Shown here piece by piece: positions 61,300-64,000 of a stretch of 64,000 nucleotides of DNA (position 1 is its first letter; every line of letters begins with the position of its first letter). The notes below the pieces were generated by a model. The model was not told where the DNA came from, made no database searches, and saw only the letters and a list, made by a program, of their open reading frames with translations. Source of the DNA: Eledone cirrhosa (lineage: Eukaryota); assembly GCA_964016885.1 (NCBI GenBank), contig CAXHJY010000161.1:1-64000 (forward strand), given 5' to 3'. The translations under genes and the position numbers were made by a program.

Positions 61300-64000
61300 A
61301 CAGGAAACAGCAACTACAGCAACAACAACCGTGGCACTGACACAGAAAACAGAAACAACAGCAACAATAACACTGGCACTGGCACAGAAAACAGCAACAA
61401 CAACACTGGAACTGACACAGAAAACAGCAACAGTAACAACAACAACACTGGCACTGACAAAGAAAACAGCAACAACAACAACACTGGCACTGACACAGAA
61501 AACAGCAACAACAACAACACTGGCACTGACAGTGAAAATAGCAACAACAACAACACTGGCACTGACACAGAAAACAGCAACAACTACAACATTGGCACTG
61601 ACAGAGAAAACAGCAACAACTACAACAACACTGGCACTGACAGAGAAAACAGCAACAGCAACAACACTGGCACTGACACAGAAAACAGCAACAACACCAA
61701 CAACAACACTGGCACTGACACAGAAAACAGCAACAACAGCAATAACAATGGCACTGACACAGAAAACAGCAACAACAACAACACTGGCACTGACAGAGAA
61801 AACAGCAACAACAACACTGGCACTGACAGAGAAAACAGCAACAACAACAACACTGGCACTGACACAGAAAACAGCAACAACAACAGTGGCATTGACAGAG
61901 AAAACAGCAACAACAACAACACTGGCACTGACACAGAAAACAGCAACAACTACAACAACACTGGCACTGACAGAGAAAACAGCAACAGCAACAACACTGG
62001 TACTGACACAGAAAACAGCAACAACTACAACAACACTGGCACTGACAGAGAAAACAGCAACAACTACAACACTGGCACTGACAGAGAAAACAGCAACAAC
62101 AACAACAACACTGGCACTGACAGAGAAAACAGCAACAACTACAACAACACTGGCACTGACACAGAAAACAGCAACAACTACAACAACACTGGTACTGACA
62201 GAGAAAACAGCAACAACTACAACAACACTGGCACTGACAGAGAAAACAGCAACAACAACAACAACACTGGCACTGACAGTGAAAATAGCAACAACAACAC
62301 TGGCACTGACACAGAAAACAGCAACAACAACAACACTGGCACTGACACAGAAAACAGCAACAACAGCAACAACACTGGCACTGACACAGAAAACAGCAAC
62401 AATTACAACAACACTGGCACTGACAGAGAAAACAGCAACAACTACAACAACACTGGCACTGACAGAGAAAACAGCAACAACAAAAACACTGGCACTGACA
62501 CAGAAAACAGCAAAAACTACAACAACACTGGCACTGACAGGGAAAACGGCAAGAACTACAACAACACTGGCACTGACAGAGAAAACAGCAACAACTACAA
62601 CAACACTGGCACTGACAGAGAAAACAGCAACAACAACACTGGCACTGACACAGAAAACAGCAACAACTACAAGAACACTGGCACTGACAGAGAAAACAGC
62701 AACAGCAACAACAACACTGGCACTGACACAGAAAACAGCAACAACTACAAGAACACTGGCACTGACAGAGAAAACAGCAACAACTACAACAACACTGGCA
62801 CTGACAGAGAAAACAGCAACAACTACAACAACACTGGCACTGACACAGAAAACAGCAACAACTACAACAACACTGGCACTGACAGAGAAACCAGCAACAA
62901 CTACAACAACACTGGCACTGACACAGAAAACAGCAACAACAACACTGGCACTGACAGAGAAAACAGCAACAACAACAACACCGGCACTGACAAAGAAAAC
63001 AGCAACAACTACAACAACACTGGCACGGAAAACAGCAACAACAGCAACAACAACACTGGCACTGACACAGAAAACGGCAACAACAGCAACAATAACCGTG
63101 GCACTGACACAGAAAACAGCAACAACAGCAACAATAACACTGGCACTGGCACAGAAAACAGCAACAGCAACACTGGAACTGACACAGAAAACAGCAACAG
63201 TAACAACAACAACACTGGCACTGACAAAGAAAACAGCAACAACAACAACACTGGCACTGACACAGAAAACAAAAACAACAACAACACTGGCACTGACAGT
63301 GAAAATAGCAACAGCAACAACACTGGCACTGAAACAGAAAACAGCAACAACAACAACACTGGCACTGACACAGAAAACAGCAAAAACTACAACACTGGCA
63401 CTGACAGAGAAAACAGCAACAACAACAGTGGCACTGACACAGAAAACAGCAACAACTACAACAACACTGGCACTGACAGAGACAACAGCAACAACAACAA
63501 CACTGGCACTGACACAGAAAACAGCAACAACTACAACAACACTGGCACTGACAGAGAAAACAGCAACAGCAACAACACTGGCACTGACACTGAAAACAGC
63601 AACAACAACACTGGCACTGACACAGAAAACAGCAACTACAGCAACAACAACCGTGGCACTGACAAAGAAAACAGCAACAACAGCAACAATAACACTGGCA
63701 CTGGCACAGAAAACAGCAACAACAACACTGGAACTGACACAGAAAACAGCAACAGTAACAACAACAACACTGGCACTGACAAAGAAAACAGCAACAACAA
63801 CAACACTGGCACTGACACAGAAAACAGCAACAACAACAACACTGGCACTGACAGTGAAAATAGCAACAACAACAACACTGGCACTGACACAGAAAACAGC
63901 AACAACTACAACATTGGCACTGACAGAGAAAACAGCAACAACTACAACAACACTGGCACTGACAGAGAAAACAGCAACAGCAACAACGCTGGCACTGACA
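61300..64000. repeat. Direct duplication at 2322-bp spacing (about 61.3-61.67 kb matches about 63.62-64.0 kb)
   Basis: ORFs 61314/63636; shared variants caactacagcaacaacaaccgtggc and tacaacattggc. Confidence 0.75.

Larger units (their letters stand above)
1..64000. repeat. Tandem minisatellite/satellite array, 33/36/39-bp monomer, consensus ACACTGGCACTGACA(C/G)AGAAAACAGCAACAAC(TAC)AACA; extends past both window edges
   Basis: The motif ctggcactgaca(c/g)agaaaacagc recurs every 33-42 bp from base 1 to 64000 in one orientation with no intervening unique DNA. The 39-bp consensus has 19 A, 12 C, 5 G and 3 T. Confidence 0.99.

Noticed and set aside
1-64000. CRISPR array (constant motif of about 25 bp with variable intervening sequence)
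   Set aside because: The intervening parts are 9-18 bp of AAC/TAC/AGC triplets rather than unique spacers, and no cas genes or leader are present.
1-64000. Direct telomerase-synthesised repeat
   Set aside because: Rare variants are inherited in kb-long ordered blocks, which indicates DNA-level duplication rather than repeated copying of a single RNA template.
1-64000. Purely synthetic or low-quality sequencing artefact
   Set aside because: The hierarchical shared and private variants and consistent offsets look like real array evolution, although exact copy number and order still need long-read validation.

Overview
The whole 64 kb window is one uninterrupted, single-orientation tandem array of roughly 1,700 monomers. 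The monomer is ACACTG-GCACTG-ACA(C/G)AG-AAAACAGC followed by an (AAC)n tail, often interrupted by TAC, and is mostly 33, 36 or 39 bp long. I found no unique sequence, recognisable gene, RNA gene, transposon or CRISPR array. The listed ORFs (Thr-rich, Val-rich, Cys-rich, Leu-rich) are alternative-frame translations of the same repeat, broken by about 21 frameshifts and 12 copies of one recurrent TAA. Diagnostic monomer variants reveal nested higher-order structure: three near-identical 6.6-7.0 kb copies at about 36.3-56.8 kb, older 6.3-6.7 kb spacings and 0.4-3.7 kb duplications to the left, reshuffled multi-monomer cassettes, and a more diverged right end. A start-less Asn-rich frame (TGTDTENSNNYNN) is almost absent from the ORF track and appears stop-free for about 14 kb. 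The best reading is a eukaryotic-type minisatellite/satellite array. A decayed giant repeat exon is possible but unproven. All offsets and counts were read by eye.
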